In this document: piece after piece, positions 40,101 through 52,782 of the stretch
How the letters are laid out: each line of letters begins with the position of its first letter
Numbering within the stretch: position 1 is the first letter of the stretch
Assembly (NCBI GenBank): GCA_028534125.1
Contig: CM052817.1
Location: forward strand, 57,104,001-57,168,000
DNA from: Lama glama
Lineage: Eukaryota
Direction: 5' to 3'
Length of the DNA stretch: 64,000 bases
Translations under genes and position numbers: made by a program
Notes under the pieces: generated by a model
Told to the model about the DNA's origin: nothing
What the model saw: only the letters and a program-made list of their open reading frames with translations
The model's database searches: none

Positions 40101-40982
40101 ACAGACATGTGAAAAGATACTAAACATCACTAATCACCAGGGAAATGCAAATCAAAACCACAATGAGATATCACATAGTACCTGTTAAAATAGCTATTAT
40201 CAAGAAGATAAAAGACAGGTGCTGGTGAGGATGTGGTGAAAAGGGAAAAATCCCTTATACATTGTTGATAGAAATGTAAATTGGTCCAACCACTATGGAA
40301 AATAATATAGAAGTTCCTCAAAAAATTAAAAATAGATCTAACATACAGTCCAGCAATTCCACTTCTGGGAACATACCCAAAGGAAATGAAAGCAGGATTT
40401 CAGTGAGGTATATGCACTCCTGTGTTTATCACAGCATTATTCACAGTAGCCAAGATATGGAAACAACCCAAAAGTCCATCAAAGGATAACAGGATATAAA
40501 AAGATGTGGTACAAATACACAATGGAATATTGTTCAGCCATGACAAAGAGGGATATCTTCCCATTTGCAATAACATGGACAGACCTAGGGCAACTATGTT
40601 AATCAAGATAAAAACAGAGAAAGACAAGTATTGTACGATATCCCTTATATCTAGAATCTAAAATAGTTAAACCTATAAAAAACAGAGTGTAAAAAGGATG
40701 GTTACCAGGGGATGGCGGACAAGTGGTAAGTACAAGGGGTAAGGCTGATGATGTTTAAGGGTACAAACTTACAACAAGTAGTAAATAAGACACAGAGATT
40801 TAAGGCACAGTATAATGAATATAAACAACAATATTGTATTATAATTATGTAATGTGATATATATCACTATATCTCAGCAATTAAGTTACAATATATAGAT
40901 GTATCAAAGTACACACTGTACACCTTAATCTTACACAATATTATATGTCAAATTTATTGGGTTTTTTTAAGCGGGGGGAAGA
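37168..40982 (+). mobile_element. 5'-truncated, disabled LINE-1 (ORF2 endonuclease, RT and C-terminus + 3' UTR)
   Basis: ORF2 peptide remnants (YQILWDVAKTVLRGNFISIN, LRDYYEQLYANKL, GYKINIQKSIAFLY); TSD aaagaattatatcaa (37153-37167) / aaacaattacatcaa (40983-40997). Confidence 0.95.
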
Positions 40983-43189
40983 AAACAATTACATCAAATC
41001 AGGGAATGGGGTACATGGTGTCTTCAAGGAGGTAGGCCTAGCATGACTTTTTAGTTTATAGTTGCCTACTTCTGACTTCTTTTACCTCTCTGGAGTAGAC
41101 GCCTTGGTTTTCCACAAGCCATTCTTTTAAAGAAAAGCAAATCAAACTTAGCCATTTAAATTCTCACTGCAAAAACCAAAACACAAACGTAAGCCTCAGA
41201 GCCGCTATCCCTTATGGTTTCCTGTATCCTTACTGTCTAAGAGCCTTTCCTCTTCATAGACTAGTTAGAACCTCATGTTCTGAAGATTCAGGTAGCTGGG
41301 CACTTAATCTTCTTAGACAGGAGCACAACAGCTTGTTTACAGACCTGGTAAGAAGTAATAAAAACATTTTGCCCTAAAGACAAACTTAGCATTTATTCTG
41401 ACTGCATGCAAATAATTTAATCCTTTCTTTTATTTTTCTTAGCTGCTGAAAGGTCACTTACAAGACCCTCTAAGTCTCCATTTTCTCACCCAAGTAATGG
41501 TTTTATCATACTAACAACAGTCATACCTACCTAAGGAATTGCTGTCAATCTCAGAGACTCGGCAAGAAAATGTTTCATAAACTGAAGAGTGTTACACAAA
41601 TGTGCTATAATTGTATTGCATTGAAATGTGCTTATTCTGTAGGTATATTCTGCAGACAATATAGGATTTATTGCTGTCACTTACTAAGAGAAGGGAGCTT
41701 TAGTTACTTTTGTATGTTGCCCTGTTACACTCTTAACACACTGTAGCTTCTCACTCCTTAACCAGAAAGCTCTAGTAATTTTTATTTCTGATATTCCAAA
41801 GGAATCTCAAGTCTGTCTACAGGCTTTGGATAGCTCTGTACAGTCAAAATGGTTGGAAAGGTCCTACCTATCAGAGAAGTAAACAAGTTTCCAGTGATTG
41901 AGGTGACTAAACTAAATAAACCCAGGAAGAAAGAAGAAACACTGTTCCTCTAATCTTTACATGGTTCAAAAATATGTAACAAAACAAGTCACAGATATTC
42001 AGAAAATAAAATTTGATTCAAAATGTGAAATACTACAGATGGTTTTGTAAAGAAAAGTTCACCCAAAAGGGATTTTACAGAAAGCAAAGCAAATCTGAAG
42101 TTGCACTGGAAAGCAGAATAATTCTAGAGGCCCAACCATGTTTTTTCCACAGATCAAAATTACTATACATTTATGGACCTAATGCACCAATGTCAAAAGC
42201 AAAACTCCTTGAAGGTTCATGAAAAATGATAGAAAACGAGATTAAGCTACTAGCTCAACTTTCAGATGATGGTTTTAAAGCATATTCTCTCTGTACTGGT
42301 AAGACTTTGGAGAATTTAAGGAGACAGTAATGGCCCAGAAGGTCTTGCTTATCTATCCTCCCACAGGTCACCTTCAAAGATGAACTATATTCTAGTCTGT
42401 CTCAGAAGCCACTTATGAATCTGACTTTCATAAATTTGGCCAACATATTTCAATTCATTTATAATTCCCAACATGATCACCCCTTTGTGAAATGAGCACT
42501 ATAAATATAGAAATATCTAGAACAGCAGTAACAACCAACATAATCTATTCCACTGCTTTCACTTGATTTTTCAGAATTATTTTGGACATAATTATTTAAC
42601 CCTTGTTTCACACTTAACTCTTTTGTGTTGTTTTGTTGTAGTTATTATTATTCACTTCTATTGTCTGTGCAACATTACTGTAAAAATGCACAAAAATGAT
42701 TTTAACATCCACATGTTGGGACAAATAGACAAGAATAGCCAAGAAAAAAACTGAAAAAGAAGACTGGTAGGGGCTAACACTACTAGATACTATAGAAAGC
42801 CAGAAGGCACAGAAATTTGAAAATCTCCCTGTAAACTCACTTAACCCTCTCCTGTTCTCACAGAAAATGAACAGACATCTTGTTAAGAACTCTCAGGCAA
42901 TTTATTTTGCTTAGGAAGATAATTTGCTTTACATTAAAAGTTACTGCTGTCTTTCGCAATTATAGAGGGAAAGCAAGCAAGAGAGAAGACATAAAATTCT
43001 CTTCTTTTAAGTTGGTTCTGCAAAGAAGCTATTTTATTATTTGATATGAAATGTATGATTCACACTACCCAGCACAGATATCTGAATATATGTTGCAAGA
43101 AACCTTAAGTCAAATTATCATCCCCGTCAAATAGTCTTCTCACTGAATCTCCTCCCACAGCATTGGGGCATCTGGATATTTTAACACAA

Positions 43190-43460
43190 GAAGATTCACT
43201 CTTGGAATAGTCACTGCCCTTCTTTCCAGGGCCACATAATATTGCACATGGTAAATTTGTACTCCCTAAGCAGGTGAGGCCCTGTGACTCTCTTTGGACC
43301 TTGAGTTATAGTGGAAGTTACATGTGTCAATTCTAAGCCGAATATTTAATTGCCAGTGTAATGAGAAATGCTTAAGTACCCTTTTCTCTCAGCACAGTAA
43401 ACAGCAGCTTCTGAAATGGCAGAAGCTCTGTTATCCTGGGTCACTGCATGACTCTCCCAA
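43190..43460 (+). mobile_element. Old MaLR LTR fragment (MLT1I/J-like)
   Basis: ggccctgtgactctctttgg...gtggaagttacatgtgtca...atatttaattgccagtg, similar to 18440-18799. Confidence 0.55.
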
Positions 43461-46400
43461 TCAACAGTGATGCTTACCATATTTTCTCTTGAACCCTAAT
43501 TTTTTATCTCCCCTACTAGACTGCAAGTTCTCTGAGGATAAGGACCAGATCTAATTCACTTTTACATTCTTCACAAGGTATAGTTCCGATAGACAGCAGA
43601 AGCTCAATGCTATTTGCTGAATAAATATACTTAGAACAGATTCCAATCCTATGAAGTAATTAGATATATTTTCATATTCTACAATATACTTGTCTGCTTT
43701 TATTAAACTATTATCTCTGTGTAAGATAATTATTGAACTTGGCATTTAGTACAAACCAAGTATTTTCATCTAGGGCAGAAAATATGTGGGTTTTCCAATT
43801 ATAACAAGGACAAAGCTAAAAAAGACAAATCTTTGTCATGTAGGTAAGGGGATTTCACATGTTAGAGCAGACACACTGACTGCCTATGATGCAAATTATA
43901 TTCCCAAATTAGTGAAAAACCTAAAATCTATCCAGCTTCTTGTGATTATGGTAATGTATATTCATTCTAAAACAGAGTAAGCTGGTTGGCCAACATGTCC
44001 TGGGGCACACATAGCAGCTCGCTGGGTATGGGTCTCCACCTGCAGCCAAGACCGAGGGGACCCTGGGCTGGAGGGGCAGATCCCACAGAAATGAGCACAG
44101 TGAGTGAGAGGAGGAGATGCAGGAGAGCCCCGCAGGGTCTCATACTTTGGCTCCGGTTTCATACTGGTGGTAGCAGCTGCTAGGTCGGATTTTGTTTGTT
44201 TGTTTTTCAGTTCAGTTAAAGTTCCTATAGATGATTTCTGCATTTGACACCGAAAAGTACCCATAAAAATGACATGTTTTATCCTTGAGCACCCTTGGTA
44301 CCAGAAAGTAGAAACTTATCTTTCCTCGGCAGTAAAAAGAGCAAGACAGAGGAGATGCTGAATCACCAAAGAGCACATGTACAGCTGGTCTTTCAGTAGG
44401 ACTGTCTTTCCTAAGATCCACCCCCTGAGCCTCGCCTAATCTTCACTGAGCAGCAATAGCCTAGTACACAAGTATTTTTGAAATTTCTATCCCCATGTGA
44501 TTAATGCACTGTTACTTTCTAAGGTAACAATAATGTAATGTCTAGAATGGTGTATTGTTGGGGGGTTCCAGTGCATTATAAGTTAGTGACAGGCAAACTA
44601 TGTCTAATGTATGATCCAAAATATTCAGAATTATCTCGGAAGCATACATATTTCTTTATCCAAGGCAACTAAAGTATCAGATATATTTCTAGAGGCTGAG
44701 TTCCCATAACTGAAGGGAAGAAACTAATTAGAATTTTTCTGCTTAACTGAAATATGTTAAATAATCATATTCAAAATTTGAGATCAGATATCCACTTTAG
44801 TGCTTTAATTATTTAAAAAATAAACTGAATGACAGACAAAAAGAAATCTCTCTCCAGTTCAACTAGAAGTCTCAGGCGGCTTTCTACAAGCAAAGTATCA
44901 ATACACACCAAGTGAAATAAGTAAATAGTAAGAAATAAGAAATAAGCAAACCCTGTAACCTGCCCAGCAAGGAGGCACATGTCCTGGAGAGACACGCGTA
45001 CATCAAGGCAGGCAGTGAACAATACAGTTAAAAGAGTGAGCTCTGAAATCACGTCCCTGGGTTACAATATGGGCACCAAGCAAGTTCCAATCAATGCTCC
45101 TTGACTAAATGAATTAACTGAATTGTTGGAATGGAAGGAAGTGTCTGTAACAGTTCCTGGCTATACCTAGATATTCAGTAGATATATATAACTTGACATA
45201 AAATTTGATTCATTGTTTTATCTGATAATCTTTAGTCTGCCTCCTTTAAACAATAGATCCTTTTCCCTGACATCTTATACAAGACCAAGGAGTTCAGTTG
45301 CCTCTTATTTTGCTTCTCACTTATCTTTTATACTTTTGATCCTTGAGAGATGAGGAAAGTGAGAAGGATGACTTTGAATTTCAGCACACGTCACAGAATG
45401 GAATGGGGGACAGAAGGAAAAGAAATGAGTTTTACTTTAAAGAGATGAAATCATCCTGGAATCTGGAGAGGACACTGTAATGTGGACCCATCATCAAATC
45501 CAGGAAGTGATGAGAGTCTGTGGGCTGCCAGGTCAGAGTGAGACTGAGGAGGTTTGAGGGAGTAAACTTACTCGTGAACAACCTAAGGAGAATTACTTGC
45601 AGGCGGATTTCCATTTGTTTGTAAACTCTATCTTAGAAACACAGACCCATGTTCTAGCTCCACGTCCTCCTCTTTCCATTAATGCTGTTATTTTGTTGAC
45701 TAATTTTTAGTTGCTTCTATTGATGGCCACCAAAATAGGTACAGAAACTGCTAGAATGTTGTCTTCTGAGTTTACAAAGAAAGCACTCAAACATTTTACT
45801 TTTTTTTTATTATTATTTTTAATCCAAGAATTTACTCTGGCTTCTGGAGATAATCAACAAATATGTTTTATCTCATCAGGACAAGGATCACATTTGCCAA
45901 CTTGAAATGTCAAAAAAAGAATCTATAACGTTCCAGGAAGAGGGAAGATTCTTGTTTCTTCTTGAGAACTCTTCAGCACTAGGATCCAGACCGACACACA
46001 CCCAGTAGCCAGGTCAACACCCTTCCAGTGAAAAGGGAAGCAGGGATGACCTTCCTGAACTGAACAGAGACCTTGTGTCTGTCATCCCCCGAGTAATTTC
46101 ATGATTGTCCATTTCAAACAGGACAGCAGCCCTACATGGGAGCTCATATTATATTTCTCTTTCACATCTGAGGAACCAAAGGTGTGACAAGGTGATTGAT
46201 TTACTGAAGGTCTCACTTTCTACAAGTAACAAGGACTAATAACTGTTATTATTTAAAAAAAATAAATAAAAGCAATAACATTGACTACTGTTAACAGTCA
46301 CAGGAATGTCTCCAATCAGAGTTTTGCTGGAAGACGACCATGTGCCATCACTTCACATGCACCGACCTTCCTCCTCAAGGCTCCATTGGGGGGATGGAGG

Positions 46401-46559
46401 GAGTTAGTGCAAAACACTAAAGAGACTTCATTTTAAAGCAGACTTAGAATTGCCCATTGAAGCCAGATGTAGATAAGTATATAGATGGTGCCCAGTGAAA
46501 ATAAATAAGAAAATGCTGGGTATTAAAAGCTTTCAATTATGCTTATTTAAAAGCTCCCA

Positions 46560-47605
46560 GATTAAGACAATGAAAAAATAAGTCACAGACTTGCAGAAAA
46601 TATTTGCGAAACACATGGCTGATAAAGGACTTGTATCCAAGTATTAAAAAAAAAATTAAAAAGTCAACCATAAGAAAACAACAAAATTAAAAAGCAGGCA
46701 TTGATATGAATAGATACCTTGCTAAGGAAGATATACAGGTGGAAATAAGCATGTGAAAAGATGCATAGCATCAGCTGTTATTAAGTAATCACAGATTAAA
46801 ACAAGGAGATACCACTGTACACCTATTAGAACAGCTAAAATCCAAAACACTGACATCATCAAATGCTGGTGAGGATGTGGAGCAACAGGAACTCCCATCA
46901 CTGCTGATGGGAATGCAAAGTGGTCCAGTCACTCCACAAGACAGTTTGGTGGCTTCTCACAAAGTTAAACACAGTCTTACATACAATCTAGCCATCATTA
47001 TCATAATCATTTACCCAAATGAACTGAAAACTTATTTTCCCAGGAAACCTACACACCAGTGTTTACAGCAGCTTTATCCATGATTTATTCATGATTCAGA
47101 GAGAAATTGGAAGCAACCAAGGTGTCTTTTAACAGGTGAAAGGATAAATAAACTGTGGTCCATCCTACAATGGAATATTACTCAGAGATAAACAGAAGTG
47201 AGGTATCAAGCCGAACAAACAAAAAAAGACATAGAAAAACTCTAAATGCATATGGGTAAGTAAAATAATTCATTCTGAAAAGGCTACATATTGGATGAGT
47301 ACAACTATATGACTTTCTGGGGAAAGCAAACTTACAAAGACAACGGAAAGATCAGTGTTTGCTGGTGCCAGGAATTATGGGGGAGGGGTGTGAACAGATG
47401 TGAAAAAGGGTATTTAAGCCAGTGAAACTTCTCTGTGATATTGTATAGCAGACACATGCTATCACTCATTTCTCAAACCTCATAGAACCCCACAAAGCTG
47501 AGAGAGAATACTAATGCAAACTAAAGACTTCAGTTAATAACGTCTCAACATCGCTCCATCAATTATAACAAATGTACCACATTAGTGCAAGTTGTTAATG
47601 TAGAA
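46560..47605 (+). mobile_element. Old L1 (L1MC-like) ORF2 end + 3' UTR
   Basis: gaaaatatttgcgaaacac...aaatgctggtgaggatgtggagcaacagga...aacaaatgtaccacattagtgcaag. Confidence 0.88.
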
Positions 47606-47761
47606 ACCAGGGTGATCTGCCTCTTACAGATCAGAGTCCCATAAGGATATTAAACGTTGGGAAGACCTGAAGGAAGAAGCATGTTTATTGTTAAGTCCCA
47701 CGTTTCCTGACTTTTTTGATGACTGAACCCCAATTTCTACACATAATATCTAGAAACAAGC

Positions 47762-48261
47762 TGTGTCACACGTTTTAGGAAAGGTTGGACTAGACTTTGT
47801 AGGGGCAGGGGGCGCAAGGAATAGCGACTTTATTCGGAAAGCCAGCCGACCAAGACGACGGGGGATAATGGTCCAGAGAACCATCTTCCCCAAGCCAGAA
47901 TTCAGGCTCCTTTTATACTAAAAAAGGGACGGAGGGGGTTGGTTGTGCAAACTTCTTGGTGTCAGAGTCCTTTGCCCTTGCAGCTGTCCATGTGGGTCAG
48001 GTCTTGGTGTCCCTGTAAACCTCCCACAAAACAAACATTATTTTCTATTCTGCAACTTGTCATCATTATATGAGTGCAAAAGTGTTATACCCTTAAAGGT
48101 CAGAGCCTTGATGATGGGCTCTCCTGTGTATTTCAGGCTAAAGGCAACATTCTTTTATAAAAGGTGCAGAGCTAGCAAGACTAAGCCCAGGAAACAGGGA
48201 ACAGGGTGAGAATCAAAGGAATTGGTCTCATATGGAGACAGATTTGTTCTTTTCTGTTACA
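47762..48261 (-). mobile_element. ERV1-type solo LTR
   Basis: TG...CA ends (left boundary uncertain, may start near 47689); minus-strand TATAAAA at about 47911-47917 and AATAAA at about 47828-47833; no TSD recognised. Confidence 0.7.
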
Positions 48262-48272
48262 GAGGGACACGG

Positions 48273-48373
48273 TGAGAGCCACCTGGCAATTGGCCAGAGG
48301 CGTGGCCTGCTGAGAGCCGCCTGGCAATTGGCCAGAGGCACGGCTTGCTGAGGGCTGCCTGGCAATTGGCCAG
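48273..48373 (+). repeat. 38-bp tandem repeat x2.7 with ATTGG (inverted CCAAT) in a near-palindromic core
   Basis: Units start at 48273, 48311 and 48349; core ctggcaattggccag. Confidence 0.92.
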
Positions 48374-48422
48374 TGGGGCCGCAGAGGTCACAGGGAGGCA
48401 CTGTGATGCACCACTGGTGGTT

Positions 48423-50240
48423 ATGAAAGCGGGCAACACTGCGGAGGTCAGCCACAGCAGAGATGGCCTTTCTGGTGCTCTTGCTCTTTGTTGCTGCCTT
48501 CTCCATTGCCTTCTCCACGCCCACCTCTGACGCACTCCGTGCCCACTCTTCTTGCTCTGGGCCCCTCAACCACACTACACACTCCACTTTCATGCTGGCA
48601 TCCACCTTCATACCTCTCTGCAGGCCGGAGTGTCCATGCACCCGCACCTGGCGCCTCCTGCTCCCGTGCGGGTTAGCCCAGCTCCTCTCCCTCTGGTTCC
48701 AGCCCCATGGTGGGATATTGGGCTCTGAGAACAGGAGCACAGAGGACCCCTGCCCATCCTGGGAGCACCCCTCCCAGGCGTCTGGCATCCCAACCCAGCT
48801 TCTCACCGGCCAGCCAAGCGCCCAGACACCAAGGTAAACAGAGGGCAGCCACTGACTCCCATGCCACACTCTCCAGAACCCTCTCCAAGTGTGCAGTGGG
48901 TATCCAGACAGAAACTTTCCTTGGTTGTTCCCCAAGTCCTCTTCTGCCTGTGGCCATCGGCACCTCTGCCAGACCTAGGTCAGCTGGCAGGAAGAGGTTG
49001 CTACCTGGTGGAAGAGGAATACCTCATTCCGGTCCTCATACATGCCATCCCCACGCTGCCCTCCAGGCATCTGAGCTCAGAGGCTGCAGTGGGTGAGGAG
49101 AGGGGCCCCAGAAACCTCCTATCGCCTCCTGGCAACCTTGGCCTCGCTGCCTCCCTGACTCCCAGCCCCAACAACCACGAAGGGAAGAATCGGTACAACC
49201 AGCTTGGCCTGCCATAGCAGTTCAATTACTCCACCAGACAGATGGGAGGCCGGGAAATGGGGCAGCAAGAGCGACCTGGACCAAAAGACGTGGGGTGTCC
49301 TGACCAAGACGTGAGAGATCCAAGGCCACCAGCCCAGGCCAGACTCTGTCTGCTGTTGCTGTGGCCAGGGCATCGGCAGCAGCTGTCCAAGGAAGTGACA
49401 GTGGCCTTTGTCAAGGGCAGGCACTCAAACGTCAGCACTTTGGTGCTTTGAACCCTTCAGAGCATGATCCTCCTGATGGGTCACTGGGCCAAGGTGCTGG
49501 TGGGCCCCTGGCCTGGGACCACATTCAACCTGATGTCCTGGTTGCATACCGCCTGGGGAGTCCTTTTTCTCTGGAGAGCTCTCTTGTTGAGGGGAAAGGG
49601 ATGCTGCAAACAAGAGAAGCTGAAAGAGCTGTCCATGGAGGTGAACCGCACGGGGTACATTTTTGGCCCAGTTTGACAAAAAGCTGAAGGTCATAAAGAC
49701 AGCTGTGAACACAAGCAAGAAGAATCTCCACAAGATAATGTCTGAACTAAAGGAAAAGTACAGCATGTCTGAAGAAGAAAACTGAACGTAGAGAAATCCA
49801 CTTGTTCACTTCTCAGAGGAGGAACACTCTTTAAAGAACTTGCCAGCAGAACAGGTGCCCCGGGACGTGGGGTGGGGAGGGGCGTGGGCACATGCCAGGG
49901 GAGCCCCCGGCCCTGAGCACAGAAGAGTCCTTGGCTGAGCTCCACAGGCTGCAGGAGAGGTACTCTCACTCGGAGGGGGAGGCCTTGCAGAAGCAGGGGG
50001 AGTGGTGGTGTCAGCAGGAGGCTGAGGTCCCTGAGCTAGAGAGTGTCTTTGTTAGCGTGCAGGGACTCTTGTGTATTTCCTCAGAGTGAAGCTTCTTTAG
50101 AAACTTTTGTGCTGGAACTCTTTCCTAGGTAGCAGGGGGTGCACTCAGGTGGAGGGGAGGGGAGAGGGGAGGGGGGCATGGAAGGGTAGCTTCACATGTA
50201 TATGAATTCTCAATAAATAGTGTGTTAGAATGCAAAACAA
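48423..50240 (+). pseudogene. TACC3: Highly diverged, intronless TACC3-derived retro(pseudo)gene
   Basis: Colinear motifs across frames versus recalled TACC3: PPRRL; AGRGCY (ASRGSY); EERGP (EEPGP); *QFNYST (EQFGTSS); SPGQTLSAVA..SG...HFGALN...PPDG...GGPL (SPGRPVPVA..SG...FLGALD..PPPG..GGPPL); ELSMEVNRTGYI/AQFD (ELHGKNLELGKIMDRFE); SKKNLHKIMSE (SKAEIQKVLKE); EEEHSLKN (KNEESLKK); EESLAELHRLQERY (EDYLARITQEGQRY). Stop at 50089, AATAAA at 50212-50217. Several frameshifts and stops; 5' boundary uncertain. Confidence 0.8.
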
Positions 50241-51599
50241 GTGTCTACGAGTGACGGTGGCCCCGAAGACTGCAGCAAACGGAGTCCTCACACCCTTCAG
50301 CTGGCTGTTGTACCCCAGGCAGGTGCCTCTGCGGCTCTGAACTACGGAGAGCCGGCACTGCAACACCCTGCCCAATCTGCCACCACCCAAAGTCAGTGCC
50401 CAAAGCCAGTGCCGAGCGGGGTGCCTTGGGATGGAAAGAAACCAGTGGACGGTCTGCTCCTGGTGTTTCTCCAAAGACCGTTTCCAGCCTGAGAAAGCCA
50501 GTCTGTGGCAAAACTTGGGTCTGCATCTGACATTCTGGCTCTGACCTCCAGCCACGGCAGCAGTGCCCCTCCACCCCAGGTTCCTGCGTGATGTAGGCCT
50601 TTGATGAGCAATCGCGGGGGAGGGAACAGAGGCGCAAGCTGTGCTCTCTGCTGCTGGGTAGGGGCATGGCGAGAGGGGGCACAGACAGCAGGCCACGAGC
50701 TCAGAGCCACAGAAGCCCTGCGGGACTGGGGGCATATTTGTTCTGGCTGCTCTAGGTTGGAGGAGAGGGGCTGGGTGGAAAGAGAAAGGCAGAGCAGGAT
50801 TCAGGTGGGAACTGGGAGACCGGAGGGCATTGGCAGACGTGAAGGGGAGCGGCCGCTTCCAAGAGGCAGCACTGAGAATTGGTGATCAGTAGGATGCTGG
50901 GGGGCTGCAGGGAAGCAGCTCAGGTGGGGTGGGATCCATCTTCCAGGAGCCACCCCAGCAAAGTCCCCTCTCACGTCCTCCACCAGCTGCGAGACCAGCG
51001 AGTGACCGAGTCAGTGTCCTCTGATCCAGAGAAGGCAACATGGCCCACCTGGCAGAGTGCTCTAAGCAGCAGGGCCTGACGGGTACTCACCAGGCATCAC
51101 CCCAAAGGAAGGCCAGGGTTGGGCTGGTCAGAAAGCTGCGTGCTGGGGCTGAGGCTCCCCTCCAGACATCACATGACATGCATGGCTGCACTCACAAGCT
51201 GCAGTGACTTCTCCTGCGTCCTTCAGGGTGGATTCTGTGAAGCCACCAGGGGCCTGGTGTGACACTCCCTGATGCTCTATGGTTTCTCAATGACAAGCAG
51301 CCCAGTGTGGAGGGACAACAGGCTGGAGACCTCATGCTCCAGATTCTCAAGGAACTGCCAAAGTGCCACCCAAACCATCAACAGTGCATCTGCCTCCCAT
51401 TCTGTTCCCACAGCGATGGCCTGACTGCACCTGGACTGGGCTAGACATTTTAAGGTCCTCTTTGAGTTACCTTTCAATGAATGCCTCTCTCGAGCATTTA
51501 AACAGACTTGCAGGAAGGAAATAATTGCACTGGCCAGCCCTCTACTTTTCTCACTCTGAACTCAGACACGGAACCCCACTTGTGGCTGTCTCATCACAT

Positions 51600-52285
51600 C
51601 TCCTATGACAGCACCGACTGAAATCAACGCTGGCCCTCACACTGCTGAATGAGAGAGTTGCCTCTCTTGTCCACCAATGTCTCCTGAAATGCTCAATTCC
51701 CTTGTCTCCTCTGATTTCCCTCCGACTTCGTGGGCAGCTCTTTTTCCATCTGCTTTATCAATCTCCCTGTATTCAGCCTTTGACTGTTGGAAATACTCCA
51801 AGCTTTGTGCTGGGGGCCCCCTCATCATCTCATCCTAAACTTTCCCATGAGTAATCTTGCACACACTCATAGCATCCTTATAAGAGCTCTGCCCATGGCA
51901 TCCAAATGCATACCTCCGGGCACCTCAAACCCAAGCTCTGCAAAGAAATGCTAATGACCTTCACCTCCAGACTTGTGCTCCTCCAAGACGACCTTCCTCT
52001 CTAAGTGAACATTCCCACCACTTCTCCAGTTGCATAAGTTCAATTCAGCACACTGGGAGTCACACTCCACACCTCCCTCTTCGGCCCATCGGATGCTCTG
52101 TGCTGCTTTCTCACCGCCTACCCCCGCCAGACACCTGCTTCTATGAGGCCACTCCCCTGTCACCCCAACCCCAGTGAACACCATTCTTCTCGGCTAATTA
52201 CATAGTAGCCTCCTAACATGTCTTTAAGAATTCCAGGTCCAACCTTCTCCATACCTCCCAAAGCAGCCTTTTAAAAATATATTCT
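51600..52285 (+). mobile_element. L2 LINE fragment
   Basis: gggcacctcaaacccaagc...tgggagtcacactccacacctccctct...agtagcctcctaac...agcagccttttaaaaat. Confidence 0.65.
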
Positions 52286-52287
52286 TG

Positions 52288-52782
52288 ATAGATCAATGGA
52301 ACAGGATAGAAAGTCCAGAAGTAAACCCATGCGTGTATAGTCAATTAATCTATGACAAAGGAGACAAGAACACACAAATGGAGAAAAGATAGTCTCTTCA
52401 GTAAGTGGTGCTGGGAAAACTGGACAGATACCTATAAAAGACTGAAATTAGAGCATCCTGATTTCAGCATTAGAATCTAATTAGATAATGCATCTAATTA
52501 GAGCATTCTCTACCACCATATAAAAAAATAAACTCAAAATGGATTAAAGACCTAAATATAAGACCAGATACTGTAAAACTCCTAGAGGAAAACATAGGCA
52601 GAACACTCGCAGACATACATTACAGAAATATATATTTTGAACCAGTTCCTGAAGTATTGGAAATAAAAACAAAAATAAACAAATGGGATCTAATTAATCT
52701 TAAAAGCTTTTGCACAGCTAAGCTTTGTATCAACAAAACAAAAAGACAACCTCCAGAATGGGAGAAAATATATGCAAATGAA
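52288..52782 (+). mobile_element. Internal fragment of a younger L1 ORF2
   Basis: gatcaatggaacaggatagaaagtccagaa...aaactcctagaggaaaacataggcagaacac...aaaagcttttgcacagc. Confidence 0.92.

Noticed and set aside
37168..40982. Active L1 ORF2
   Set aside because: 5'-truncated, many stops and frameshifts, RT deletion
46560..47605. Third copy of the 52.8/60.4 kb duplicate
   Set aside because: Lacks the diagnostic MER34-like LTR at the matching position; likely an independent L1
48273..48373. CRISPR-like palindromic repeat array
   Set aside because: Whole units repeat with no unique spacers; mammalian DNA
48463..48837. 124-aa ORF with a signal-peptide-like start (MAFLVLLLFVAAFSIAFS) as a secreted protein
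   Set aside because: Lies within the disabled TACC3-like sequence (IAFSTPTSD weakly resembles VTFQTPLRD); no independent support
48228..48935. 235-aa minus-strand ORF beginning 'MGNNQGK' (gag-like look)
   Set aside because: Non-ATG start, antisense to a GC-rich pseudogene, no Gag motifs
49600..50089. SYCP3/XLR (Cor1) or Takusan-like identity for the coiled coil
   Set aside because: Only generic coiled-coil resemblance; TACC3 explains both this part and the colinear upstream motifs
50145..50735. 196-aa and overlapping minus-strand ORFs
   Set aside because: Expected by chance in GC-rich DNA; no recognisable domain
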